This document shows positions 34,941 through 47,400 of a stretch of 64,000 nucleotides of DNA, piece by piece. This DNA is from Lingula anatina. Lineage: Eukaryota > Animalia > Brachiopoda. Location: positions 5,022,001-5,086,000 of the forward strand of contig CM120647.1 in the NCBI GenBank assembly GCA_051362555.1, read 5' to 3'. The notes under the pieces are model-generated. The model worked only from the letters and a program-made list of their open reading frames with translations, had not been told where the DNA came from and ran no database searches. A program made the translations under genes and the position numbers. Within the stretch, counting starts at the first letter, position 1; each line of letters opens with the position of its first letter.

Positions 34941-36187
34941 TATTTCACTGTCATCAGTCTGTGGAAACTTGTTTTAAGGCATGTTACCTGGACTCTTCAC
35001 TGCAGTAATTAAAATTTTGTGCAAGTTAATACCAATATTTCAGGGAAAATCTATATCAAATGTTATATGAATAGAACTTTAGAAAGAAGGAGTCCTTGAG
35101 CACAAATATGCCATTACCCGTAAAGAACACAGTTCTATAGCTTAAAGATCGATCATGATATATTTATCCGGCACAAATATTGCGTTCTTTTTCCCCCTTG
35201 AACTTCTTCCCTGCACCTTGACCTTTCAGATGGTTGGTTGTAATTAATCTAGGGCGTCTACAAAATTCAGCCAATTGAAACAATGTACAGATTCGAACCT
35301 TAGGCCTATCACTAGAACACATATCTATAGACATCTATTAACCTGATCATTCTGTTAGAAAGATGTCACTTCCCAATGTGGGGACCGTGGTTTAAACTGG
35401 ACGTCGTCCATGGCAATCAGTTAGAGGCACAAGGGACCACGTCCTGCTTACTTTGTGGAAGATTGATAGTACGTTTTAAATCACCTACAGGGGCTTTCAC
35501 CTCACCATTTATGATGGATGTGAGACACTCCTTTTTTAACGGCATGACTGACCATTTCCTCGTACGCACTTTACGCTATGATATGTTGCTATTCTTCCTG
35601 TTTAACATTCGATTATTAGTTATATGCATATCAAATTGATAATAATAACTTATATCTTTCAGGGCCTGTCGGCTGAATGGCGTGTTAAAATGGGCCGCAT
35701 TTTTAGCTTGTTAGATGTTGACAATGACGGGATTGTGAACCGCCATGAGTATGTTGATATTCCACTTGAAAGAGCAAAACTATATTTTCGGGCAGACAAA
35801 ATCAGTGATTTCAACGATACCCTTTCCGAAGGCTGGTCAACCTATTGGTCTGTTCCAGAGGATGATTACCAAAATGAATTCGACCTGGATGACTTCATTT
35901 CGATGCACGCGCGCACAATGCTATTCAAGTCTAATTCTGCTACAAAATCGCTCACATACTTTGGGGAAATATTATTTCGGCTTGCAGATCAGGACAACAA
36001 CGGAGAGCTAAGTATTCAGGAACACAAAGACTTCCTTGCAGTATTCAACGTTCAGGAGAGCATCGATTCATCATTTGTTTTTATTGATAAAAACCAAAAC
36101 GGTCTCATTGAAAAGGAAGAGTTCGCCAGAGCATTCGTTGATTATTTTCGTAACATAAATGAAAACTCTTCTTTTTTCGGCATGTAA
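33825..36187 (+). CDS. Secreted SCP/aequorin-fold EF-hand protein, copy 5; exons 33825-33911 and 35663-36187
   Basis: Exon 1 MFLPRVFGLLLVVVHVMGNSSSGGQNGQK ends at gtaag; exon 2 GLSAEWRVK...DVDNDGIVNRHE...DQDNNGELSIQE...DKNQNGLIEKEE...FFGM*. Confidence 0.88.
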
Positions 36188-37009
36188 TATGTAGAAGAAA
36201 CCCATATATACCAATACATGACAGTAGTGCATGCATGAATTTCGGGTTGAATGTTTTTCTTTTCTTTTCGACGATTTGTTCTATAACTTACATGTAGGTG
36301 TGATCACTGTCCATTATTACTAATACCCAGCATTAAAAATCAAACGTGTTAAAAACACAAATATTAAATAATGAGTAATTGCAGAAACACAATGTTCTTG
36401 ATACAAGGAACAACCATATTTGAGTTCTGATATTAGAAAATTAATGCAGTACGCGCTACATACATGTACACACACGTTATTTGACACGTGACCTTAAACG
36501 GGCACATTCCCGTTGCAAATGCTAATTGTGTGTAAAGTTGGTGACATTGATGGTGTATTTTAAAGCTTAAGTACATTTACCCCCGCGATAACCACCGTGG
36601 AACCTCAGGTCTGAGGGGAAAGATGCACTAAATTTATTTTAAATAGTATGAACTATAGGTATCTTTAAGGGTGTTTTGCATTTTCTGTACCATGAACCAT
36701 GTCAGATATGTTATCTGGAATAAATATCACTATTTAAAATAATTTTCCTCTGTTTATTATTCTAGTTAACAGGTCCCCGAAAGTGTTCAAATCCGTGCTT
36801 TAACAAGTATGAGGCAGCATCGTGTTGCAATACCCACCTGTCGGTAGGACAACACTGTGTTAGCTAGTATCATTAATATTAGTTCATTGTAACCAGCCCG
36901 CCTGCACTTGTCACTCAGTTGGTTCACAATAAACGGCCTTTATAAGTATTACTTACCCAATCCTGAAAAAGTAAAATATATCCATGAATGTCAGGAAGAG
37001 GGGGGTCTC

Positions 37010-37430
37010 AACAACTATGTATACCCGATCCTTACATATGCACCTGAAGCGTGGAACATCAAAAAAAAAACAACAACAGAAGAGACTGGAAGCCACAGAA
37101 ATGTGGTTCCTCCGTAGGATGCAACATGTCAGAAACGAGGTCGTGCTGAAGAGTGCAGGAACATCAAGATCCCTCATAACATCGATCAGGAAGCGCCAAA
37201 CGACATTCTTTGGGCACGTCATGCAAATGCTCGGAATGGAACACATCATTAGCACTGGGAGGATCTGTTGAAAGAGAGATAAAGTTAAACAACGAGAAAA
37301 AATGCTGGACGGCCTCACGGCATGGCTTAGAACATTACGACCTAACAACACTATAGCTAGTGTCTGGAATCGAAGAGATTGAAGACCATAATTGCCGAAG
37401 CTGCAAAACATGGCACCTGATGATGATGAT
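37010..37430 (+). mobile_element. 5'-truncated RTE-clade LINE, 3' end
   Basis: YVYPILTYAPEAW...KRLEATEMWFLRRM...IRKRQTTFFGHV, ending in a (TGA)n tail. Confidence 0.85.
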
Positions 37431-37629
37431 TGTCATCAATCTATAATTAATTTGATTTACCTACAGAACTGCTCACTGGGTGAAATGTAGTTGAATCCAT
37501 GTTCAGGTCTATACGGGCATTGTAGTTAAAAGACACTCACAACATGTATTTGAATAGGTGTTGAAACGGCAATATACAACATTGGTCAAAAAGGTTGTCC
37601 CACCCCCATTTCCAAACAAATTTGTTTTC

Positions 37630-37668
37630 GCCCCTGACGAGGCCTCAGGGCCGAAACGGCCGTAGGGC
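37630..37668 (+). ncRNA. Minimal type I hammerhead ribozyme (Penelope-like element pLTR type)
   Basis: GCCC-CTGACGA-GGCC(TCAG)GGCC-GAAA-CGGCCG-TA-GGGC: complete catalytic core, stems I and II, palindromic stem III ACGGCCGT and a GUA cleavage triplet. Confidence 0.85.
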
Positions 37669-37786
37669 TTTTTTTTAAATAAAATGGAGAGAGGAAGCTA
37701 AGTCATTCACATCCTTGATTATACCAGCTCCCCACGGGCCGCCGCCATGGGTGGAGCACTTTTTCACGGTGAACTGACTTAATTCT

Positions 37787-37869
<83 letters not shown>

Positions 37870-38648
37870 GGCAAAATAAAAAATGTAATAGTTACAAAAA
37901 TGGGAGAGGGGGTTATCTTACATCTCCCAAACTGTATAACTGCCATAATATACGATTAATAACGTAGGTTAATGAGTGCAACCAATATTAACTTCAAAAT
38001 ATATGTGAAACAACAATTGCTATTTGAGCAAAAAGTTAGCAAAATTTAAAAAAAATGGAAAAAAATGGAAGTACAGGTGGGACAGCCTTTTTGACCAAGA
38101 GTGTATTTGCCTAAAATTGGGGACATGCATCATGCACGTTGACTCTTAATCTAATAAAACAGGTCTCTGTTAAGTGTTGAAAAGTGTATTGTAGTACCAG
38201 CCAGCATCAAAATGTTGCGATACCCGCTTGTCAGTTGTATTGCATTGTGTTGACTGGTACTAGCAGTGTTAGTACATTGTTATCAGTCTATGGTAAGCCC
38301 GTCTGCACTTGTCACTTAGTCGGCTCACTGCGATCTAGAAGAAGTAGTATTATTACCCCTTTATTAGTTAGAAATCACCTTCGTGGTCGATGAATGTATT
38401 TATAAAATAGGTATGTTAATAAAAAAAATCAAGACAAAAAACAACCAAACAACCAAAATGATGTATGAAGAAAGATCATTGAAGAAATAAATCATAAACA
38501 TTTAGCATTGTATATTTAAGCGGGTGTTTTAAGAAACCTGTGATTTTTCATGTCTTGGCGGTTCGTGGAATTCGTAGTCGGTGAGAAATCGGGGTAGAAG
38601 CCGTGTTTCTTGCATATCAAATTGTTAACATTAGCCAATGACTTTCAG

Positions 38649-39166
38649 CACCTCCCGGCTGAATGGCGTGCTAAAATGGAACACTTTTTCGCCATATTGG
38701 AAGCTGACAATGACGGGATTATGAACCGCCATGAGTATGTTGATATTCCAGTTGAAAGAGCCAAAGTATATTTTCGGCCAGATAAAATCAGTGATATCAA
38801 CAATATTCTTTCCAAAGGCTGGTCAACCTTTTGGTCTATTCCAGAGGATGAATACGAAAGTGTTTTCGACCTGGATGACTTCATTTCGATACACGTGCTT
38901 ATTGATCTATACAAGTTCGATTTTGCTGCAAAGTCGCTCACATATTTTGGCAAAGGGTTATTCCGTGTAACAAATTATGACGACAACGGAGAGCTTAGTA
39001 TTCAGGAACACAAAGACTTCCTTGCAGTATTCAATGTTCAGGAGAGCATCAATTCATCATCATTGATAAAAACCAAAACGGTCTCATTGAAAAGGAAGAG
39101 TTCACCAAAGCATTTGTTGATTATTTTCTCAAAAGAAATGAGGACTCCCTGTTTTACGGCGCATAA
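38649..39166 (+). pseudogene. EF-hand gene copy 6: exon 2 only, frameshifted
   Basis: HLPAEWRAK...; first loop has D to E (LEADNDG); small deletion at ~39060 shifts the frame; no signal-peptide exon between 36187 and 38649. Confidence 0.85.
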
Positions 39167-39448
39167 TACATAGGAGGAAAACCATATGAAAGTTTACCAG
39201 AATGTGAGCGAGTTTTTAATTTCAAAATTATATTTATGATTTAAACGCTGAATAGGAATTAGAAAAATCGACTAAATATGCATTATTAATGGTTTTATGT
39301 CTTTAATCAGAGAATTACATTACCGAAGCATTTGTTTCGTGAATAAGATTACTGTTTATTCGCATCACAATATAGAGAAATCCATTCATTAAAAAGAAGA
39401 CAGGTTTAAAACTTCATAACTTATTGTTTTACCTCTAGTTTCTCTATG

Positions 39449-40342
39449 CACTGTTAAGGCGGTGCAAAGGTCCTAAACAAGTTCTAAGCGCCTGATTTGT
39501 CTCAGATTTGTCTAATGTTTTTCAACGGGTTTAGCTGCTAAACACATAGAGCTGTTAAAGTCATACTAACTCATCGTTTTGGTCAAAAATTGGATTTTCC
39601 TGGAGTAAACGGCAATTTCCCCGTACTTACCAAAGGTCAGCGACCCCATTCCTGCATTCAAAGTTAGTCTAGTTTTTTTCCTAAACGCTTGTTTTTTTTT
39701 TTGTTTTTTTTTTTTTTTGTTAAAATCTCTCTTAAGAGATTTTAACTGACGGGGCCCTCTCTGACACTGCATAGGCACGCGATATCGAGCGGGGTTTTCT
39801 GGTGACCTACTTAAAACAGCGGGAAAAGCAGACAACAACAACACTTTATTACAATAAAATAAGATTCAAACGATATAATTGTCTTATTGCTCAAAATGCA
39901 TTTATATCTACAATGTGTTCAGTTCTGGGCCTTTTGTTATCCGACGCACTGTACAAAAACTCACAACTTACGTCTGAGGATTGCATCATGCGCCTGTTGT
40001 ATCTTATACTGCGAAATGTTATTTGGTCTCGAATGAACACGAGAATCCGCGTGACACGCCAAAGACCTTGGCAACGGATGCCTTGTCGACCGGGGAGAAA
40101 GGCACCAAGCCCTAGTGACAAGCACAGTTTTTAGTTTTACTATAATAACAGCCATTTTAGTGGTGAAATGCAATATAATATATTTCCATGCGTTGCTTAG
40201 AATGTATTTCTTGCGGAATTTTGAATCTCAAAGGAAGAGTTATTATTGCTTTAAGTATGCTACACGCATTAAACCTATGACGCGTTTCGGGTATACATGG
40301 AATAAAATGAATACAAAAAGGGAGAGTTCACTTCTTACAGTG
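39449..40342. mobile_element. Degenerate CACTG-ended element related to the one at 5630-7168
   Basis: CACTGTTAAG ... CTTACAGTG ends. The internal ctaaacaagttctaagcgcctgatttgtctca resembles the reverse complement of 7110-7150. Confidence 0.45.
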
Positions 40343-41470
40343 TATATATCGCACTACTGATACATCACAGCACAATTTACCGACGTCTGGCCTTTTTTTG
40401 GCCCTGATACAATCTGGTTGTTGACACTACTATCTTCCTGAAGAGTATATATCCCAACATGCCGTAAGAGGCGTTGAAAGCTAGCAAACGAAAATATCTT
40501 TCTCTGCCAGACCAGGAACTTTATCATTGCTTGAACCCCAAAGTGCCAAGCACAGTAGGTACCGTTTATAATAAGAAAATGAAAATCTTTATAAGCTCTA
40601 AAACATTAAATAAAGATTTATGACCAAAAATACATAAGTAACTAGCGTAATGAAATATCTAAAAATAAATGTATATATGTATAAATATAAATTACAATAT
40701 ACAAGCAGTAAAACTATTAGAAGGTAATTATATTGTTATTGTTTGGCCATCTCGCTAATTGTTTTAAAGTAATCATGATGCGTTATGCTGTTGTTTAGCC
40801 TTGGAAACAAGTGTGTCCCGAGAGGGAGACGAACCCATGATCTTCACGAATCAATGTTTCATTATTTGTAGGCGGTCACTCTTAAGCTTCAAAACAGATG
40901 GCTTTTGGTGATCACATATTCAAATTTATCCAAATTTTGGAAGTGAAGGCCTTTTTCAGGTTGTTAATCTACTTCCTGGTGGTTGGACTTCACCCTTTCC
41001 AAAATCCTATATTCGCCTATGAATATAATAATTTTCTTTCTTTACTTACCAGTTATCGTTTAGGTCCAAATTAAAAAACAAAGGGGCCATTCCCACAGAA
41101 ATTTGGATCGATCTATCTCCCTGGGGAGTCTCACTAAATTGTTATCAACTTAACGGGCTTAAATGCTTGTCACATCTAGTAAACTGTTCGGGAGTAATTA
41201 TTTTTTACCCCTAGCCGTTTAAGAAGGCGTGGCAGAAATAAGAAAAGTTGTTCTCGTTCTTTCAACAGTCTTGTCAGCATAATTAGTGTGGTTCACATTT
41301 TAATCAGTGTCAACAGCCAGCATTACGAAAAAGCGTGGTATTTAAGCACGCAATCCAAACCCTATAACCAGTTTCGTCTGAATTTCGTAAAATGTGTCCT
41401 GAATTGGTCCTTCTAAATTCTAGACGAGGACTGTTCCGAACTGCTTATAAATACACTGTTACGTTCTTTA

Positions 41471-41811
41471 CAGTAGTGGGCTTGATTTTGCTCTTAAAGT
41501 GCAATTTGAGTTCACAAATAGTCTTACATGATCTTAAACCATGAGTAAGGCCATTTCTGGTCTGACAGCCAATTAAGTTGTCTCCCCTTACACATTCTCC
41601 TATTGTGAGCAGAGGTGTCCTCTATTGTGAGGGAAGGCATCCTCCATTGTGAGGAGAGGAAACTGCTTGACCATATAAGTAGTTATTAGATCATTTTTTA
41701 TCTTAAAAGCAGATTCAGTCCTTTTTAAGACCACTGCTGCAATGATTAAGATCGTGTAAGATCACTTGTGAACTTAAATTGCACTTTAAGACCAAATCCA
41801 GCCCACTAGTG
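41471..41811. mobile_element. MITE with ~65-bp imperfect inverted arms
   Basis: tagtgggcttgattttgctcttaaagtgcaatttgagttcacaa is mirrored by ttgtgaacttaaattgcactttaagaccaaatccagcccacta. Confidence 0.7.
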
Positions 41812-42024
41812 TTAGTAGATGCCCTTGATCTGCAGAATCCAAGCGGTTCAATTGTATGTTTCCCTTTTAAAATGAAATTATCAAAAATCAATAATACCAA
41901 CAACACGAAACTAAGGGAGCGTGCAGAGGGTGCCTCTAAAATAGGTGGAAGGGCAATGGGTGAGGGTGGGAGGGATAAAAGCACAGCCCTTGTCAATATA
42001 TACTGTGTCAATTTCCGAAGCTAA

Positions 42025-42712
42025 TACCCCCGTCACACTAGAGGCGGAATGAACAAGAATGCCGTCGGAAACACAATTCTTTGCACGTTCCTGGATATTT
42101 GAAGAGCATTCTAAAAGTTCCGGGTGCATTCAAAATATTTTTGCCCATTCTTGTGGCCGGCCCGAATATTTTGCTCATGTTAAAAAAATCGACGTGCATT
42201 CCAAGTGAAAAATGCATTTGAGAGGCATTTGAATAGTATTCTAACTGCACTATGACTGCATTCAACATACTATCATGGCATTCCGACAGATTCGAAACAT
42301 TCTGATCACGTTCGAGGGAGAACCGAAATGGCAAGACACTTCAAATACTGCTAGAATGAGCCGAGTCAGAATGCAACTCGAATGCACCTCGATCCTATTT
42401 CAGCCAGCAATCGAACTGCAATCGTACGCCATTCAAAGTGTATTCTATATATTCTGATTACATTCTGACAGCATTATTGATATTCTTAATTTTCCCCTTG
42501 CATTCGAGCTGCATTTGAGAGCCAATACAGCCGAAATGTGCACGAATCATTCCAGGCTGATTCAAGCGCATTCTATATATTCCAACGGCATGCTTACAAT
42601 AATTTAGGTCAATTTGAAATGTCTTCCCGAATGTAGTACGAATTTTCAAATTTAGTCATTCCGCCTGGTTCTGTTTGATTCTTGCTGATTCCGAATAAGT
42701 GTGATGGGGGCT
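42025..42712. mobile_element. Harbinger-like MITE rich in GAATG/CATTC
   Basis: TIR CCCCCGTCACACT / AGTGTGATGGGGG flanked by TAA and TTA. Confidence 0.55.
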
Positions 42713-42981
42713 TTAGTTACAAAACCAAAGTCCCCAGTGATGTCTTATGCACTTTATCCAAGCAGATTAACTCTATCAATAAACTGCAAAAAAAGCAAAT
42801 CATACGTTTTATGGGCCTTAGCTCTATATTTCAAACCTCTCACCTCTTACAAGCTTAAGCTATTCATACAGTAAAGTCAGTCATTGTTTCATTTGTTCTT
42901 TTGAGAATCATTTTACAATGTATATTCTAACGGTTTTATTACGTGATTTTAATATGTGAATTATTTGTGCGATTGTATGTA

Positions 42982-44379
42982 CACACACTGGACAAAAGAA
43001 GTGTCACCCCTACTGAGCCAATACTATGGGGGAGATAAATGACTGTGGAATGATATGCTCCTGGTATCATTTTATTAACATCAAATTTCACAAAAAATCA
43101 CAAAATGAGAACAAAATATACATTCTACCAAAATATGCAGTTTCAAGTCCAAAATTAGTACTTAGTGGCATAGCCACGTGACCTAATAATAGGTGCCAGT
43201 CTACGAAGCAAGGTTTCATATAATTGTCTGATGCGTTCAGGGCTTATGCTGGCCCAAGCATGAAATACTGAATATAACAGAGTTTCTCTGCTGGTTAGAC
43301 GGGCATTTGTAAAAAGTTTTGACATATCATTCCACACATTTTTTATTATGTTTGCATCCGGACTCTGGGCAGGCCACATCACCCTGCGAATGTCCTGTTG
43401 GTTAAACCAATCATCAACTGCTCTGGGCCTGTGACAAGGAGCATTGTCATCCTGGTGAACAAATGGATAATTCCTGTCACCAAACACGTTAGTAATAGAT
43501 GGTAGCAAGCCTGACTCTAAAACATCGATATATTTCTAGTGATTCATGTTTCCATTAACCACTATCAATTTATGTAATATTCGCCCAAGCCATGGATGCT
43601 GATGCAGCCCCACACCATGATGAATATGCTGCTCCGGGTTCGAAAATTCAGTGCATGGGGTTCAAATGCTTTAGCAGCAGTTTGCCAGCATAGTACCCGT
43701 CTGTCATCAGAGGTCAGACCAAAGCGACACTCATCAGAAAAGAATATATAGGACCAATTGTCATGAACTGTCCAGTTCCAGATCCTGTTGACCCCAGTTT
43801 ACTCTACATTGCCTGTTTTGTAACAATATAAGAGGTTTCAGTATTGCTACCCTGCTGTACACTCTCTGAGCATGTAACCGACGACTAGCAATTTTCACAG
43901 ACACATTCTTATGTGTGAAATTGTTCCACTGTGTTGTCAACTGACAAGCAGTGTCGAACTTTGACAACCTGGACATCAAAATCAGTCGTCGGTCTTCACG
44001 GCCAGTATTTTTTCTTGGACGACCCATCAGAGGCAATTTGTCTCTTAATCCAGTGTTTCTATACCGAGACCAGACCCTCTGCATGGTTCTGACTGAACAA
44101 TTCAATTGTATCGATATTCTGACATTGCTTATATTCCGCCTCTTCAGGTTAATAACTTGCACCTATAACCGTTAGATAATTGCCTGTATCTTGCCATATT
44201 GGAGGAGGACAGGAATAACATTTGCTGTACATGTACAAGACCAACAATACAATCCCATGGTATAGCGGTTTTATACTCATTAGTCACATTATCAGTAGAC
44301 CGGGCATTATAAGTACCTAAGATCTGCCTACTTTTATTACTCTGAGTTAGGGGGTGACACTTCTTTTGTCCAGTGTGTG
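42982..44379 (-). mobile_element. Tc1 (DD34E) transposon, copy 1, defective transposase
   Basis: TIR CACACACTGGACAAAAGAAGTGTCACCCC; TA TSD; GRPRK, FSDECRF, QDDNAPCH and SPDANIIKNVW (catalytic E to K); stops and frameshifts. Confidence 0.95.
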
Positions 44380-44484
44380 TATGTACTACAGTATATGTCT
44401 TTCACCCTAGTAATAATGAAGAGATGGTAATAAAATGTTAGTAAATATGGTAATATATACACATATAAAAGGTTAAAATGGAAA

Positions 44485-44527
<43 letters not shown>

Positions 44528-44989
44528 AAGCCTTATGACCTTTGTATCTGAAGCCATCATAAACAACTAGCACACAGCTTTGAGTATACAGCCTCTGTAG
44601 CAAATGAATTAATCTAGAAGTATATTTGATAGTGCTGCGTGATAAATAAGCTGGTTGCCAATCACTGTTATATAAAAACATATATTTTATCGCTTGGTAC
44701 TTATTCGCAAGTTGCCGTGGGTCCATTAGCCATCCAAGAAGACAGATAGCGTAAAGACAATCTACAGAAGAATACACAGTTATTCAAGTTATCCAAGTAC
44801 AGCAAGATTCTTCTTAGTAAGTGTGGATTTTTAATTTTGCTGCATTCAATAGCAAATCGATGCCTAACTCTGCTCAGCTTTCTGTATTGCTATAGAAACT
44901 ATAAAGAGAATGGTTTCGCAATTCTTTCATCCAGATCGGGCCCAATGAGGTAAACACTTGTCTTACTGGGCTTACTTTGTTTTTCTGGG

Positions 44990-47400
44990 TGTGACTTTAG
45001 AAAGATTTAACCTAGTCTGTGCTACACGAAGTGGTACTGTCGTTTTAAGTGACAACTGATGAGCACCTTAAAATAGGGGAATAGCTTTGGGCTCGTCCAG
45101 CTGCATTCACTGTGTACCCTGTGCTATATTTCTGAACATTTGCCTGCAGAACAGAGAAATATAAAGGTAGTTGGAGATGGTAGCTTTTGATGAAAAGAGA
45201 TAAATAGAGCTACATATGTACATTTTGCTCGAACGAAATGATAATTTGCAAAGTGTAGGTTATCTGTGAATTCGGCTAAATTAATTTGTGAATACAAAAT
45301 TAAAGTTTTGGACTGGAGGAGAATTAAACCATTATTTCATTTAATGCATTTCCTATAATTTAGTTCAATGTACATTAGTTATATGGAGCGTGCTTAAAGC
45401 TAAAACTAAGAACCTGTAGTTTGTGTATGTGTACTGCGTAATTTTGTGATGATAAATTAAAAAAAAAATTAAGTGAGAAATGTATACATAGTAGCTTCAG
45501 CGCAAGCATTCATGATGATATTGTACACACACTGGACAAAAGAAGTGTCACCCCTACTGAGCCAATACTATGGGGGAGATAAATGACTGTGGAATGATAT
45601 GCTCCTGGTATCATTTTATTAACATCAAATTTCACAAAAAATCACAAAATGAGAACAAAATATACATTCTACCAAAATATGCAGTTTCAAATCCAAAATT
45701 AGTACTTAGTGGCATAGCCACGTGACCTAATAATAGGTGCCAGTCTACGAAGCAAGGTTTCATATAATTGTCTGATGCGTTCAGGGCTTATGCTGGCCCA
45801 AGCATGAAATACTGAATATAACAGAGTTTCTCTGCTGGTTAGACGGGCATTTGTAAAAAGTTTTGACATATCATTCCACACATTTTTTATTATGTTTGCA
45901 TCCGGACTCTGGGCAGGCCACATCACCCTGCGAATGTCCTGTTGGTTAAACCAATCATCAACTGCTCTGGGCCTGTGACAAGGAGCATTGTCATCCTGGT
46001 GAACAAATGGATAATTCCTGTCACCAAACACGTTAGTAATAGATGGTAGCAAGCCTGACTCTAAAACATCGATATATTTCTAGTGATTCATGTTTCCATT
46101 AACCACTATCAATTTATGTAATATTCGCCCAAGCCATGGATGCTGATGCAGCCCCACACCATGATGAATATGCTGCTCCGGGTTCGAAAATTCAGTGCAT
46201 GGGGTTCAAATGCTTTAGCAGCAGTTTGCCAGCATAGTACCCGTCTGTCATCAGAGGTCAGACCAAAGCGACACTCATCAGAAAAAATATATAGGACCAA
46301 TTGTCATGAACTGTCCAGTTCCAGATCCTGTTGACCCCAGTTTACTCTACATTGCCTGTTTTGTAACAATATAAGAGGTTTCAGTATTGCTACCCTGCTG
46401 TACACTCTCTGAGCATGTAACCGACGACTAGCAATTTTCACAGACACATTCTTATGTGTGAAATTGTTCCACTGTGTTGTCAACTGACAAGCAGTGTCGA
46501 ACTTTGACAACCTGGACATCAAAATCAGTCGTCGGTCTTCACGGCCAGTATTTTTTCTTGGACGACCCATCAGAGGCAATTTGTCTCTTAATCCAGTGTT
46601 TCTATACCGAGACCAGACCCTCTGCACGGTTCTGACTGAACAATTCAATTGTATCGATATTCTGACATTGCTTATATTCCGCCTCTTCAGGTTAATAACT
46701 TGCACCTATAACCGTTAGATAATTGCCTGTATCTTGCCATATTGGAGGAGGACAGGAATAACATTTGCTGTACATGTACAAGACCAACAATACAATTCCA
46801 TGGTATAGCGGTTTTATACTCATTAGTCACATTATAAGTAGACCAGGCATTATAAGTTCCTAAGATCTGCCTACTTTTATTACTCTGAGTTAGGGGGTGA
46901 AACTTCTTTTGTCCAGTGTGTGTATTTTATATACTTTACATGTGAAGTTCGGTCAAGAGTAGGGAAACCTTAATCACCCAAACGTTATAAAAATATATAT
47001 GAAATGTAATTTTTATATATTAATATTCTACGACAAACCTAAAAATCACGTCCTGTGCTGTAAATTAAAGTACAGTGTGAACTGAATAGTGACTGTTATT
47101 TTTCTCATTAAAACAACGACTAGTGGGAACGCACAACTCTTAAATCTGTTATGGCATATTATGCGGGTGCTTTTATTTCGAAAAACGACAGGCAACTCAA
47201 AGATCATGACTGACTCTTAGTTACCTTGATCTGCAGTAGCTGAAAATGGATACGCAATGATTTCCGAACATAAGGGGAAATGGCGTTGATGACAGAGCAT
47301 AGTGAATTTAATATAAAGCGTCTTTTTTTAATAGGTTTTACAACCAAATGTTGATTTGCCCTCAGATTGTTTTGGGTACCACCGGACCAATCTTATTTAC
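44990..47400 (+). repeat. Old dispersed duplication; paralogous segment at ~56320-58520 lacks Tc1 copy 2
   Basis: Shared blocks tgtcgttttaagtgacaactg..agcaccttaa (45038/~56370), gtgaagttcggtcaagag (46942/57232) and ggcaactcaaagatcatga (47191/57494). Confidence 0.75.
45526..46922 (-). mobile_element. Tc1 transposon, copy 2 (near-identical to copy 1)
   Basis: Same TIRs and TA TSD; identical translated 117-aa C-terminal fragment; different flanks from copy 1. Confidence 0.95.

Noticed and set aside
40275-40300. Minus-strand CGAAACGCGTC resembling the 3' half of a minimal hammerhead
   Set aside because: The CUGANGA core is absent; at most a truncated relic.
45055-45095. CTGATGAG-CACCT..AGG possible hammerhead core
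   Set aside because: No GAAA or stem III, and the paralog at ~56388 lacks CTGATGA.
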